Origin: a virus
Taxonomy: Duplodnaviria > Caudoviricetes
Virus record (IMG/VR): IMGVR_UViG_3300027743_000032
Span: 1-59,750 of that record
Length of the DNA stretch: 59,750 nucleotides
Direction: 5' to 3' (one strand)
Of the stretch, positions 17,151 through 26,862 are shown in pieces (within the stretch, counting starts at the first letter, position 1; each line of letters begins with the position of its first letter). The translations under genes were made by a program, and so were the position numbers. The notes under the pieces were generated by a model. That model worked only from the letters and a program-made list of their open reading frames with translations. It was not told the origin of the DNA and did no database searches.

Positions 17151-18935
17151 GTGCCTTACGCTAGCAACGCAGAGCTTCCTGCCTATGTCAAGAAGCTGCC
17201 TGAAGGCAAGCAAAGCCAATGGCGCAGCATCTTTAACTCCTGTGTAAAAGATGGTGGTGACGAGAGCCGCTGCTTTCGCATGGCGAACGGTGTCGTCAAG
17301 CGCAAAGAGACAGAATGGGAACTCGGTGAGGAACCTGTCGAATCAGATCAAACTGAGTTGGACGCTGCTGAGAAGAACTATCAGTACGTCGAATCCTACG
17401 AGTACGAGAGTAGGAAACTTCCTCAGGATCAGGCAGGCTACAATCCTGTGGGCGGCGATAACAACAAAGCCTGCTCCAATTGCATGTTCTTCGTGTCCCC
17501 CGCACGGTGTACGGTTGTTAGCGGGGAGATTGCTCCCAACGGACTTTCTGAGCAGTGGCGGGCTACACCAGAATACAAGCCCGCGCCTGTTCCTGTGATC
17601 GTCGTCGGTGACGAGTGGCTCAACGAAGAAAAGCTCGCTCGCACAGAAATGTCGGCCAGCTCATTTGCATACATCGACAGTAACGGCGGGCGACATCTTC
17701 CTATACACGACGCAGCTCATGTACGTAACGCGCTCGCTCGCTTTAATCAGACTAAGTTCGAATCGGCCGACGCGAAGAAGCGGGCACGCGCGAAGATCAT
17801 GGCGGCCGCGAAACGCTTTGGCATCGAAACAGGCGGCTCTAAGTCTGTATTGGGGCGTTTAGCTGAGCTATTTACGTCCGGAACTCCTGACCCGGCCCCC
17901 GCCGAGGAGGGTGTGACAGCGCCCTCGCTTCCGGAGACGCAGGGCGTGTTCGGAGTTGTGAAACAGACAGACGGAAAGTTAAGATGGTTCGCTCGCTACT
18001 CTAATGCCTGGGAGGATCGAGACCAGGAAATCCTCACAGAAGCGGCGCACAAAGACTACATCGAGTGGGCGTACGAAACCGGAACGTTCCCAGAACTGTG
18101 GCTCTGGCATACTGGCGGTACTCGCTTTGGGGAAGCCGATTGGCTGGACTTCTCCGATGGGTTTGCCCATGCGAGCGGGCTGATCGACAATGGCAAGGAA
18201 TCTGTTGTCGAAGCGATATCAGCTAAGGACGTTGGTGTAAGTCACGGTTTCCTGTCCTTGCAGCAGGGGAAGTATGTTAGCCGGTATCGAACCTATGAGA
18301 TTAGCGTGCTGCCGAGAGAGTGGGCGGCTGTAGAAACGTCGGGTTTTAACGTGCTCGACGCCACCAAGGAGTCAGAAGTCATGGCGTTTACTGAGGAACG
18401 GCGAAAGTGGCTCGTAGAAGCTCTCGGTGAGGATGCGGTAGGCAAGCTGGAAAAGTCTACCGAGAGCATGGCTACGCAGCTCAAGGAACTCGGCGTCGAG
18501 TACAAGGAAGCCGAGGAAGCCAAAAAGGCCGACGCAGAGGCGAGTAGCGAAGGCTACAAAGCACTCGCTGAGCAGGTCGCTAGTCTGACTACCGTCGTCG
18601 GTCAGCTCGCAGGCGTCGTCACCGAGCAGAAGAAGCAGCTTGACGGCGTGCAGAAGTCCGACGACGAGAAGATCGAGGATGCGTTCCTGGCTCGCGTCGC
18701 CAAGGCGTTCGGTCAGAACGGCGGCGTCACACGTCCTACCGAGGACGCCAAGAACGTTGACGGCGCCGCTGCTACGCCCGCCGGCACAGAGCAGACCGAT
18801 TTCTTCAGCTCGATGATCGCGGAGCAGCTAGGCTACGCGACTAAGAATGCAGGAACCGCAGTTGGTACGCCAGCTATGGCTTCTGTGAATGTCGATGCCT
18901 CATCTCAGGGGCCGACGGAAGTTCGGGGAGAGTAA
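17151..18935 (+). CDS. Multidomain prohead protease/scaffold: ChaB + HiPIP-like + DUF6582-like + HK97-type protease + coiled-coil scaffold
   Basis: MPYASNAELPAYVKKLP..W..IFN (ChaB); CSNCMFFVSPARCTVVSGEIAPNG; LPIHDAAHVRNALARF; DRDQEI..LWH..GVSHGF..EISVLP protease motifs. Confidence 0.8.
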   Translation: MPYASNAELPAYVKKLPEGKQSQWRSIFNSCVKDGGDESRCFRMANGVVKRKETEWELGEEPVESDQTELDAAEKNYQYVESYEYESRKLPQDQAGYNPVGGDNNKACSNCMFFVSPARCTVVSGEIAPNGLSEQWRATPEYKPAPVPVIVVGDEWLNEEKLARTEMSASSFAYIDSNGGRHLPIHDAAHVRNALARFNQTKFESADAKKRARAKIMAAAKRFGIETGGSKSVLGRLAELFTSGTPDPAPAEEGVTAPSLPETQGVFGVVKQTDGKLRWFARYSNAWEDRDQEILTEAAHKDYIEWAYETGTFPELWLWHTGGTRFGEADWLDFSDGFAHASGLIDNGKESVVEAISAKDVGVSHGFLSLQQGKYVSRYRTYEISVLPREWAAVETSGFNVLDATKESEVMAFTEERRKWLVEALGEDAVGKLEKSTESMATQLKELGVEYKEAEEAKKADAEASSEGYKALAEQVASLTTVVGQLAGVVTEQKKQLDGVQKSDDEKIEDAFLARVAKAFGQNGGVTRPTEDAKNVDGAAATPAGTEQTDFFSSMIAEQLGYATKNAGTAVGTPAMASVNVDASSQGPTEVRGE

Positions 18936-18941
18936 AGTAAC

Positions 18942-20390
18942 ATGCCTCCTGGGGTGATGGACAAGCCGAGTGTCCTCGATCAGCTTCTGGTAGAACTTCA
19001 GCAGCGCGGTGGTACGAAAGCCACCGCAATGCCTCCAGTCGGCCCGTACATGCATGGGCCTGACGGGCTATGGTCGTATCCTGGTCTGGAACGCGCGGTA
19101 ATCAGCACGCGCGTACGTCCGCGTGGGCTGGCGGGCGCAATCCCATCGCGTGCGAACAACTCGATGAACCCGCTGTATCCCTATCTGACGGGGTTCGTCG
19201 AAGGCGCTGGAGCGCAGCCGGACGCAACGTGCGACGACTGCCCCACTCCCGGCCCGATGAAGAACTGCTTTCAGACGAGCGTGTTCGGGCGTTATTGCTA
19301 TCAGACCCGCACCCTAGATATTACTCGTATGGGTCAGATCATCAATCGGGGCGAGTTCACCGACCTGATGATCTGGAACGACCCAATCGGCGGGCCTGCG
19401 AACGCTCCTGGCGCAGCGGGCATCGTGCATCCCAACTCCACTCCGGGCAACATCAACCTCAACAACGAAGTCAACGTGCGGTTCGCGGAAGTAGGCGTTG
19501 CTTTCCAGAATAAGTTGATGCGTCAGGTCTGGGAAGGCAACCCCACCAACAACACACCTGGCGGCGGCTATCGTGAGTTCCCCGGTCTGGATATCCTGGT
19601 CGGTACCGGCAAGCGCGACGCTGTGACAGGAACCGCCTGTCCCAGCCTGGATAGCACCATCGTCAACGCAGCTGGGCAGGATACGGGCCAGCTCGTAGAC
19701 ACGCTCACGTACACGATGCGCTATCTGACTTCGTTGGCTACTTCGACCGGCCTGGCTCCGGCGACGTTCGCATTGGTGATGCGCGAGGAACTGTTCTTTG
19801 AGTTGACGGCTGCGTGGCCGTGCAACTACCTCACGTACCGCTGTGTGTTCAATTCCACCAACGACAACCTCCAGGGCAGCTTCGACATGGGCGATGCTAT
19901 CGCCATGCGCGATGCGATGCGCGCTGGTCAGTATCTCGTCGTTGACGGCGCTCGGTGGAACGTGATCGTAGACGACGCGCTGCCGATGAACGGTTCCGGT
20001 GGCAACTTCACCAGCGACATCTACGTGCTTCCGCTCACAGTGCAGGGCAACAAGTCCGTCCTGTTCTGGGAATACTTCGCGTGGAACGGCCCGAACGCTG
20101 CTCTTGCAGCTGAGACGCTGCGTGCGGCTCCGATCATGGGCAACTACTACTGGTCGGACGGCGGCCAGTACATGTGGCACATGAAGCCTCCGGTGAACTG
20201 GTGCGTGCAGTGGATCGGTTTGATCGAGCTGAGACTGATCCTTCTCACGCCGCATCTGGCAGCGCGGATCGAGAACGTCGCGTACTCCGCTCCGATGATC
20301 CCGCGTCAGCCGTTCTCCGGCGATCCCTACTTCGTCAACGGTGGTGTGACTGACCGCGACACCGCTCCGAGCTTCTACGGGCCGGCTTAA
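18942..20390 (+). CDS. Major capsid protein
   Basis: Follows the scaffold; WEGNP..GGGYREFPGLD and SDIYVLPL HK97-fold-like segments; strongly GC3-biased codons. Confidence 0.8.
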   Translation: MPPGVMDKPSVLDQLLVELQQRGGTKATAMPPVGPYMHGPDGLWSYPGLERAVISTRVRPRGLAGAIPSRANNSMNPLYPYLTGFVEGAGAQPDATCDDCPTPGPMKNCFQTSVFGRYCYQTRTLDITRMGQIINRGEFTDLMIWNDPIGGPANAPGAAGIVHPNSTPGNINLNNEVNVRFAEVGVAFQNKLMRQVWEGNPTNNTPGGGYREFPGLDILVGTGKRDAVTGTACPSLDSTIVNAAGQDTGQLVDTLTYTMRYLTSLATSTGLAPATFALVMREELFFELTAAWPCNYLTYRCVFNSTNDNLQGSFDMGDAIAMRDAMRAGQYLVVDGARWNVIVDDALPMNGSGGNFTSDIYVLPLTVQGNKSVLFWEYFAWNGPNAALAAETLRAAPIMGNYYWSDGGQYMWHMKPPVNWCVQWIGLIELRLILLTPHLAARIENVAYSAPMIPRQPFSGDPYFVNGGVTDRDTAPSFYGPA

Positions 20391-20472
20391 TAGACGCAAC
20401 GGCCCCCTGTTGCGTACTGGCGTGCGCTGTGTTTTCACACCGCGCAGCGCACGTCCAGTAGCGGAGTTACGC

Positions 20473-21042
20473 ATGGCGTACGAACTAGAATGGTTCAAGG
20501 GTCTTGAGGGTTTACGACCGCACAACGAGCGTGCGTTATGGGGTGTGTTCGCACACTTCGGACGCCCCGGTTCATACTGCGACATGGGCTGCGGTGACGG
20601 TTGGCTGGTGTACACGGCTCGTACAGCGGGTGTTCCGGTCTCTGTTGGTGTGGAAATCTCTCCTGACGCCTCGCAGGTAGCCCCAGCCGGAACAGATATT
20701 GTTGCACACGATCTGGGTAAACCTCTCGGTCTTGGGCGAATGTTCGACTTGGTTACTTCGTGGGAGGTAGCTGAACACCTTGAGCAATCTTGCGCTGATG
20801 AGTTTGTACGCAATCTGGCTCGTCATGTTGGTCGGTATCTGGTGTTTACTGCAGCCGATGTAGGGCAGGGTGGCTATCACCACGTCAATTGCCAGTCGAA
20901 AGAATACTGGCGTGATAAGTTCGTGCTAGCCGGACTACGCTATCTAGAAGAGGAAACCGCGGCGCTTCGCTCAACGTGGCAATGGACGGTCGGCCCGCTC
21001 GTATGGCTTCCCTCGAATGTTCAGGTCTTTAAAGTCGCATGA
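20473..21042 (+). CDS. Class I SAM-dependent methyltransferase
   Basis: DMGCGDG motif I, GVEIS, FDLVTSWEVAEHL, GQGGYHHVNCQ..YW (glycan-associated MTase type). Confidence 0.9.
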   Translation: MAYELEWFKGLEGLRPHNERALWGVFAHFGRPGSYCDMGCGDGWLVYTARTAGVPVSVGVEISPDASQVAPAGTDIVAHDLGKPLGLGRMFDLVTSWEVAEHLEQSCADEFVRNLARHVGRYLVFTAADVGQGGYHHVNCQSKEYWRDKFVLAGLRYLEEETAALRSTWQWTVGPLVWLPSNVQVFKVA

Positions 21043-23717
21043 AAGTATTTATCGCACCTAACTTTCCGGGTGCGGACAGAGGCGAAGGCGGCATCAGAAG
21101 GGTCGTAGAAGCACAACGCCGCTGGCTGCCTAAGTACGGATACGACATCACGGACGACATAAAAGACGCAGACATCGTAGCACTCCACGCGGGAGAGTGG
21201 GTCGATCCTCCAGTCGGCGTGCCTGTTGTGTCGCATTGTCATGGCCTGTATTGGTCAGAATACAAATGGCCTTCGTGGGCAGATACCGTAAACAAAACGG
21301 TTATTAAAAACTTAAAGCAGGCGGATCGTATCACAGCTCCCTCCGAGTGGGTGGCAACCGCGATCAGGCGCAACACCTGGCTTAATCCGGACGTTCTGTA
21401 TCACGGCATCGAACCGGATGAGTGGCCTTCTATAGCAGAGAATCAGGGCTACGTACTCTGGAACAAGACGCGCCCTGATGTGATCTGTGATCCCGCTCCT
21501 GTCTCAGAACTCGCGGAACGGCGTCCTGATATTAACTTCACAACCACCTTCGTGGGCAGGGGTGTGACCGCGCCCAATATTAAAATCATCGACGTAGAAC
21601 CGTATAATCAGGCGAAATACAGGGTTCGTCACGCAGGAGTGTACCTTGCCACCACCAGAGAAACAATGGGGATTGGCACGCTGGAAGCTATGGCTGCTGG
21701 CGTCCCTATTCTGGGATACAATTGGGGTGGTCAGCCTGAGATTGTTGTTCACAAAGAGCACGGGTACTTGGCGGAGCCTGGCGACTACGATGATCTGGCG
21801 CTGGGCCTTGATTACTGTCTTGAGCACCGTGCGTATCTTAGTCAGCAAGCAAGAGCGCACGTCCTTGCTGAGTTCACCTGGGAACACTGGATTGAGCAGT
21901 ACGCCAAGTTATATACCCGCGTTCTCGAAGAGGCAAGAGGCCCTAAAGTCAGCGTAGTAATCACTAACTATAATCTGGGCGAGTTTCTCCCTGAAGCGGT
22001 GAATAGTGCCAAGAAGGAATTAGTTGGGAAACCGTACAAATCAGAAATTATCATCGTAGACGACGCCAGTACGGAGCCTCTGCCCGATGCAGTCACAAAT
22101 GATCCCTCTCTGCGTATTGTTAAAAATACAACGAACCTCTACCTCGCAGGTGCTCTTAATGTCGGCGTCCGGACCGCGCTCGGTCAATACGTTCTACTAC
22201 TTGATGCCGACAATCGTGTTAAAAATCTTCATTTATTAGTAGACGCTCTTGATAATGATAGATCGCTCGATATCGCCTACGGGAAGATGCAGGTTTTTGG
22301 CGGCAACTACAAAACTCCACTCATCTCGGATTGGCCGCCGAAAGAAGCGGATCATCTTCGTCAGCTCCAGCATAATAACCAGATCACATCTACAGCGTTA
22401 TATCGCCGTCGCTTGTTTACGTGGGTGGGTGATTACCGCGAACGCTGCCGTCTCGGTGAAGATGCTGACTTCTGGCTCCGGGCGCTCGCGGCCGGCGCGA
22501 GAGCGAGACGTGTGACTGATCTTGTCACACTTGAATACCGTGATCGTAACGACAGCGTGAGCCATCAGCACAAAGACTGGGAGTGGAATCGTTGGTACTT
22601 TTGGAGTGGCGGTCAGTATAAACTCGCAGGAGTAGGCGGGCCGATCTATATTCACGACAAGCCTAAAGTGTCCGTGATAATCCCTGTTGGGCCTGGACAC
22701 GAACGATATCTATTGGACGCTGTTGACAGTGTGCAGGCGCAGTCACAGGCATTCTGGGAATGGGAGTGTATTGTAGTCAACGATTCTGGTAACGAGCTAA
22801 AAGGTCTGCCTTCCTGGGTTCGTGTAACTCCCGGCGGGCGGGGAGTTTCACACGCCCGTAATAGGGGGATGGCATTAGCTAAGTCTGAATATATATTGTT
22901 CCTGGACGCTGATGACTATCTCCACCCGGAAGCTCTGTATCATCTGTATAATACACTTACCACAAGTAATTGCCATAACGTATTTGTGTATAGCGATTGG
23001 TTTGAGGTTGAGACGGGGAAGCGGCACGAAAGCCCGGATTTCAATCCAAAAACTATCTTCGAGAAGTTAGCCAATCCCGTCACAGCCCTTTACAGAAAAT
23101 GGGACTTAACTAAAAATAACGTACGGTGGGACGAATCGTTCGTCCACGGTTGGGAAGATTGGGACTTCGCCATCCAGGTCGCCGCTAAAGCAGGACTATG
23201 CGGGCTGCATCTGCGAGCGCCCTTGCTGCACTATAGAATAAAATCGGGCACACTACGTCACGAAGCTCGACTGCGTGCTGATGAGATTAAGCTCGCCATT
23301 CAGCATAAGTGGGCGGACTACATAAGTGGCGTGAAAGAGAACAGGAGCGAAGCTATGCCGGGTTGCGGCGGTTGCGGTGGCGGGCGTTATCCTAGCATAC
23401 TATCGAACGTGCCGCAGACTGGGCCGTTCGACGGCGTGGACATCGAGAACGACACCTCATTAGTTCTCTATACTCCGCCGCCGGAATGGACTGGTACACG
23501 GTCGTTTCTAGGGCGTGTGACACACAACCGTTACCGCTTCTCACCGGAACCTCCAGGGAACGTGCGTAGAGTGTACAACGTGGACGTGCCTGGCCTGCAA
23601 GCGTTGGGTTATTTCAGACCAGCCACGGTAGACAATAGTGACGTGGGGGCCGTCACACCACTAGCGTCTCCGGGGCCGCCATCTGATGAAGTGGTTGGGG
23701 GTGGAGGAGCGGCGTGA
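21039..23717 (+). CDS. Triple glycosyltransferase (GT4 + GT2 + GT2) with Cys-rich C-terminal extension
   Basis: ETMGIGTLEAMAAGVP (GT4); KVSVVITNYN..IIVDDAS..LLDAD (GT2); KVSVIIPV..IVVNDS..FLDADD (GT2). Confidence 0.92.
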   Translation: MKVFIAPNFPGADRGEGGIRRVVEAQRRWLPKYGYDITDDIKDADIVALHAGEWVDPPVGVPVVSHCHGLYWSEYKWPSWADTVNKTVIKNLKQADRITAPSEWVATAIRRNTWLNPDVLYHGIEPDEWPSIAENQGYVLWNKTRPDVICDPAPVSELAERRPDINFTTTFVGRGVTAPNIKIIDVEPYNQAKYRVRHAGVYLATTRETMGIGTLEAMAAGVPILGYNWGGQPEIVVHKEHGYLAEPGDYDDLALGLDYCLEHRAYLSQQARAHVLAEFTWEHWIEQYAKLYTRVLEEARGPKVSVVITNYNLGEFLPEAVNSAKKELVGKPYKSEIIIVDDASTEPLPDAVTNDPSLRIVKNTTNLYLAGALNVGVRTALGQYVLLLDADNRVKNLHLLVDALDNDRSLDIAYGKMQVFGGNYKTPLISDWPPKEADHLRQLQHNNQITSTALYRRRLFTWVGDYRERCRLGEDADFWLRALAAGARARRVTDLVTLEYRDRNDSVSHQHKDWEWNRWYFWSGGQYKLAGVGGPIYIHDKPKVSVIIPVGPGHERYLLDAVDSVQAQSQAFWEWECIVVNDSGNELKGLPSWVRVTPGGRGVSHARNRGMALAKSEYILFLDADDYLHPEALYHLYNTLTTSNCHNVFVYSDWFEVETGKRHESPDFNPKTIFEKLANPVTALYRKWDLTKNNVRWDESFVHGWEDWDFAIQVAAKAGLCGLHLRAPLLHYRIKSGTLRHEARLRADEIKLAIQHKWADYISGVKENRSEAMPGCGGCGGGRYPSILSNVPQTGPFDGVDIENDTSLVLYTPPPEWTGTRSFLGRVTHNRYRFSPEPPGNVRRVYNVDVPGLQALGYFRPATVDNSDVGAVTPLASPGPPSDEVVGGGGAA

Positions 23718-24067
23718 CTTACTTAGACGTGATAGTAGGTGGCGTCGCTACGTGGCGACTTACTCGTATGTTGTTAATGGAGAACGGGCCGTATCGAGTG
23801 TTTCGTCGGCTTCGGGAACTATCTGGCGTGGTATACGTGGACGACGAATCTTTAGAAGTCTCGTCGTTCAAGTACGAGATAACCATGTGTATGTGGTGTA
23901 TGTCAGTGTGGGTGGGGCTGGCATTGACCTTATTGCAGCGATTTGTTCCTGGGGGCCGGTGGTTTCTATTACCGTTCACCTACAGTGCGATTAATTCGAT
24001 GGTCGCACGGCAGTTAGAGTTGACCAAGAAGAAGGCCGATAGCTTCCCTGAGTTCGAAATCAAATGA
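23714..24067 (+). CDS. DUF1360-like membrane protein
   Basis: ATWRLTRML..GPY.VF.RLR...CMWCMSVWVG. Confidence 0.7.
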   Translation: MTYLDVIVGGVATWRLTRMLLMENGPYRVFRRLRELSGVVYVDDESLEVSSFKYEITMCMWCMSVWVGLALTLLQRFVPGGRWFLLPFTYSAINSMVARQLELTKKKADSFPEFEIK

Positions 24068-25353
24068 CAACTGCACTGCCCGCTGTTGATTCGACCATCG
24101 ATAGGATGTTCCCGTTCATCCATCTGCCTCTGGATCGGTTCTTTAGGATCGTATCCTATAGTCCGATCCTGGCGAATCAAGTTGTCATTATGTATAACGA
24201 GCTGCAACGGGATGTGGCTTGTTCCGATCCTGTGCTGCAGTATACCTGGCAGCCGCGTGGCGGTGGGCGTCCTGGTCGAGAAGAGATTGCACAAGCGATC
24301 CAGCAGGCGGAAGATACGATCTACAGGGCACTGAAGTTCAGTCCGTCCCCACGCTGGTTCACCGACGAGGTTGATCTGACTACGGCCCACAGATGGGGTT
24401 TCTGGCCGAACGGAGCGTTCGGTCTACGAACCAATAACTTTCATCTGATCGAACCTGGCGTAGAACGCTATAAGTATCTAGGCAGTCCACAGGTCACGTA
24501 CGATGACACCGACGGTGACGGCTATAAGGAAACCGCTACCCTTACTCTGGACAGCGTAGGGACGGGTGTGATCGACGCCAATGAGATTAGCGCGTTCCCT
24601 CCAGGTTACGGGCCAGACCCTGCTCTTGAGATTCGTCCTCTTAGAGTAGATTTTGATAGTCTCAATAATCAGATTAATATTACTGTCGCCAGGCATCTGC
24701 TCGCACGTTGGGACTTGCAGGAGCGTCTTGACGCGCAGGGCATCGACGGCATGGCGGATGTTAACTTCTATCTAGAGCTGGACATCTATCGACACTACAC
24801 CGATCCTAGCCAGGCTGTAGAGATTGTCTGGCCTTGTGGTGGTTGCGGTGTCTGTGCAGCGTGCGGAGTGCAGACTGCAACAGGATGCTTCACGATCACA
24901 GACCCACGCAACGGCTTGGTCAGAGTAAGCCCCGCACGTTGGATCGAAGATAGCTATTTCGCAAGTCTCGGTGCTGGTGCGGGTGCGTGGGACGTGCTGA
25001 GCTGCATATGGATACAAACTCCCGCCCGCATTAAACTGCACTACAGGGCCGGTTATATCGATAGCAGGCTTAAGCGACCGTTAGTCGAGATGGCTCCTGA
25101 GCTGGAGCGCGCTGTCGCGTTTCTTGCGCTGTCGTATCTTGATAGAGAGTGGTTAACCTGTGAACAGATACGTAATCTTCAAGCCCACTGGCGTCTCGAT
25201 CTGGCGAATCAGACGAGCAATGCCGCCATGAGCAACTCGTTTAAACTAGACCCCGATCTGCTCGCGTGTCCATTCGGAACAACTCGTGCTGCGCTGTATG
25301 CGTGGCGTGTGATCCAACCACTGATGGTCGGTCAAGCCGTCCTGAACGTGTAG
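24064..25353 (+). CDS. Probable head-tail adaptor/structural protein
   Basis: Position before the tail tube; AQAIQQAE..I...L and IKLHYRAGY..PELERAV connector-like motifs. Confidence 0.55.
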   Translation: MTTALPAVDSTIDRMFPFIHLPLDRFFRIVSYSPILANQVVIMYNELQRDVACSDPVLQYTWQPRGGGRPGREEIAQAIQQAEDTIYRALKFSPSPRWFTDEVDLTTAHRWGFWPNGAFGLRTNNFHLIEPGVERYKYLGSPQVTYDDTDGDGYKETATLTLDSVGTGVIDANEISAFPPGYGPDPALEIRPLRVDFDSLNNQINITVARHLLARWDLQERLDAQGIDGMADVNFYLELDIYRHYTDPSQAVEIVWPCGGCGVCAACGVQTATGCFTITDPRNGLVRVSPARWIEDSYFASLGAGAGAWDVLSCIWIQTPARIKLHYRAGYIDSRLKRPLVEMAPELERAVAFLALSYLDREWLTCEQIRNLQAHWRLDLANQTSNAAMSNSFKLDPDLLACPFGTTRAALYAWRVIQPLMVGQAVLNV

Positions 25354-25369
25354 CGTAGGAGGAATCGGC

Positions 25370-26842
25370 GTGCCAGGTACAGCGTTCACGAATACGTACT
25401 CGCGTGTGTGGCTCATTGAAGGTGGGGCAGGGCCGGGAAGGAGACGTGATTACTTCGGCAACTGGAAAGCCGGCGCAATCTCATGGGACTTGGGCGACAT
25501 CACGACGATTCGTGAGCCAGACCCGAACGCCTACAATAAGTTCATCCGTACCGGTAGATATCGCGGTGAGCCTGGCGATCCTGAGCTGACGATCACAGCC
25601 CGCTATACGTTCCAGCGGTCGAGACTTCTCCGTATGGCACGCCTCGACTGCGAACACACGCTGCACGTTCACATGGGTCAGTGCGAGAATCCGCAGGACT
25701 TTCCGCGAGGGTGGGAAAAGACCCTCATTCTGGAAGGTGCTTCGATCAACTCATACGGCACCGAAGACTTGGGCGCGATGTCGCCTGACGAGAACGCTCC
25801 GGTCAACGAGGAAGTTCCGTTCGTCGGCACCGATCTCTACGAAGTCACACGTCTCACGTTCAGCGAGATGGCTGCTGCCATGACGACCGGCACCGTTCTC
25901 GACGTGTATGTGTGTGACAGCGCACAGTGCGGCGCGTGCGGTGTGGCGAGCGACGGCTGTCAGGTTGTGCTGGCTTTGGTCGGAGCAGTTCCCGGTTCGC
26001 CCGGTCTGACTTCGGGCCTCCTGGTCACAACCAACGGTGGCGGCTTGTGGACGGCAGTGGCGGGGCCTGCTGTTGCTGGTGATTCGCTCTTCTGCGCAGG
26101 CGACGTGGCAGTGGTTCTTTCAGAAGCCGACGGCGCACTGTATTACACCGACCTGAGTGATCTGAGTGTCGGTGTCGTTAACTGGACGCGCGTGGACAAC
26201 GGCTTCGCAGTTGGGGAAGGCCCGCTCGCTGCATGGTCGCTCGGTGCCAGCGAAACCTGGATCGCTGGTGCGGGTGGTACGATCTACAACAGCTCAGACC
26301 CCGCGCTTGGTGTGACGATCAGCAGTCAGGGCGCAACGTCGAATGATCTGAACGCCATCCACGCCGTCGATAGCCTGAACGTCGTCGCAGTCGGAGCCGC
26401 CAATACCGTGCTTCGTACGGCGAACGGTGGTGTGTCGTGGGGCATCGTTCCTGGCCCCGAGCCGGGCGCTGTTCTGACCAGCGTGTGGGTTCGCAGCCCG
26501 CTCGAATGGATCATTGGCACGGCGACCGGGCGGCTCTGGTACACGATCAACGGCGGCGGTACATGGGAGGAAAAGGGCTTCACCGGAGCCGGCACTGGCG
26601 TAGTGCAGGATATGGTGTTCGCTACGCCTTCTGTGGGGTACATGGCCCACTCGACCGGAACGGCAGGCCGTGTGCTTCGCACCATCGACGGCGGCTTCTC
26701 GTGGTACGTGCTTCCGGAAGGTGCTGGCTCTATCCCGGTCAACGAGTCGGTAAACCGTCTGGCGGTGTGTGACGATCCTAACATCCTGTACGCTGCGGGT
26801 GTCGGGAGCGGAGCTGACGGTATTCTGCTCAAGGCAGCGTAA
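25370..26842 (+). CDS. Major tail tube protein with C-terminal BNR/YCF48-like beta-propeller
   Basis: Upstream of chaperone and tape measure; repeats TTNGGGLW, TANGGVSW, TINGGGTW, TIDGGFSW; AGGAGG RBS. Confidence 0.7.
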   Translation: MPGTAFTNTYSRVWLIEGGAGPGRRRDYFGNWKAGAISWDLGDITTIREPDPNAYNKFIRTGRYRGEPGDPELTITARYTFQRSRLLRMARLDCEHTLHVHMGQCENPQDFPRGWEKTLILEGASINSYGTEDLGAMSPDENAPVNEEVPFVGTDLYEVTRLTFSEMAAAMTTGTVLDVYVCDSAQCGACGVASDGCQVVLALVGAVPGSPGLTSGLLVTTNGGGLWTAVAGPAVAGDSLFCAGDVAVVLSEADGALYYTDLSDLSVGVVNWTRVDNGFAVGEGPLAAWSLGASETWIAGAGGTIYNSSDPALGVTISSQGATSNDLNAIHAVDSLNVVAVGAANTVLRTANGGVSWGIVPGPEPGAVLTSVWVRSPLEWIIGTATGRLWYTINGGGTWEEKGFTGAGTGVVQDMVFATPSVGYMAHSTGTAGRVLRTIDGGFSWYVLPEGAGSIPVNESVNRLAVCDDPNILYAAGVGSGADGILLKAA

Positions 26843-26862
26843 CCGCATAATAGGGGGCGCTT

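Noticed and set aside
19314-20813. 499-aa reverse-strand ORF opposite the capsid gene
   Set aside because: Antisense shadow of a GC3-biased gene; no motifs or RBS.
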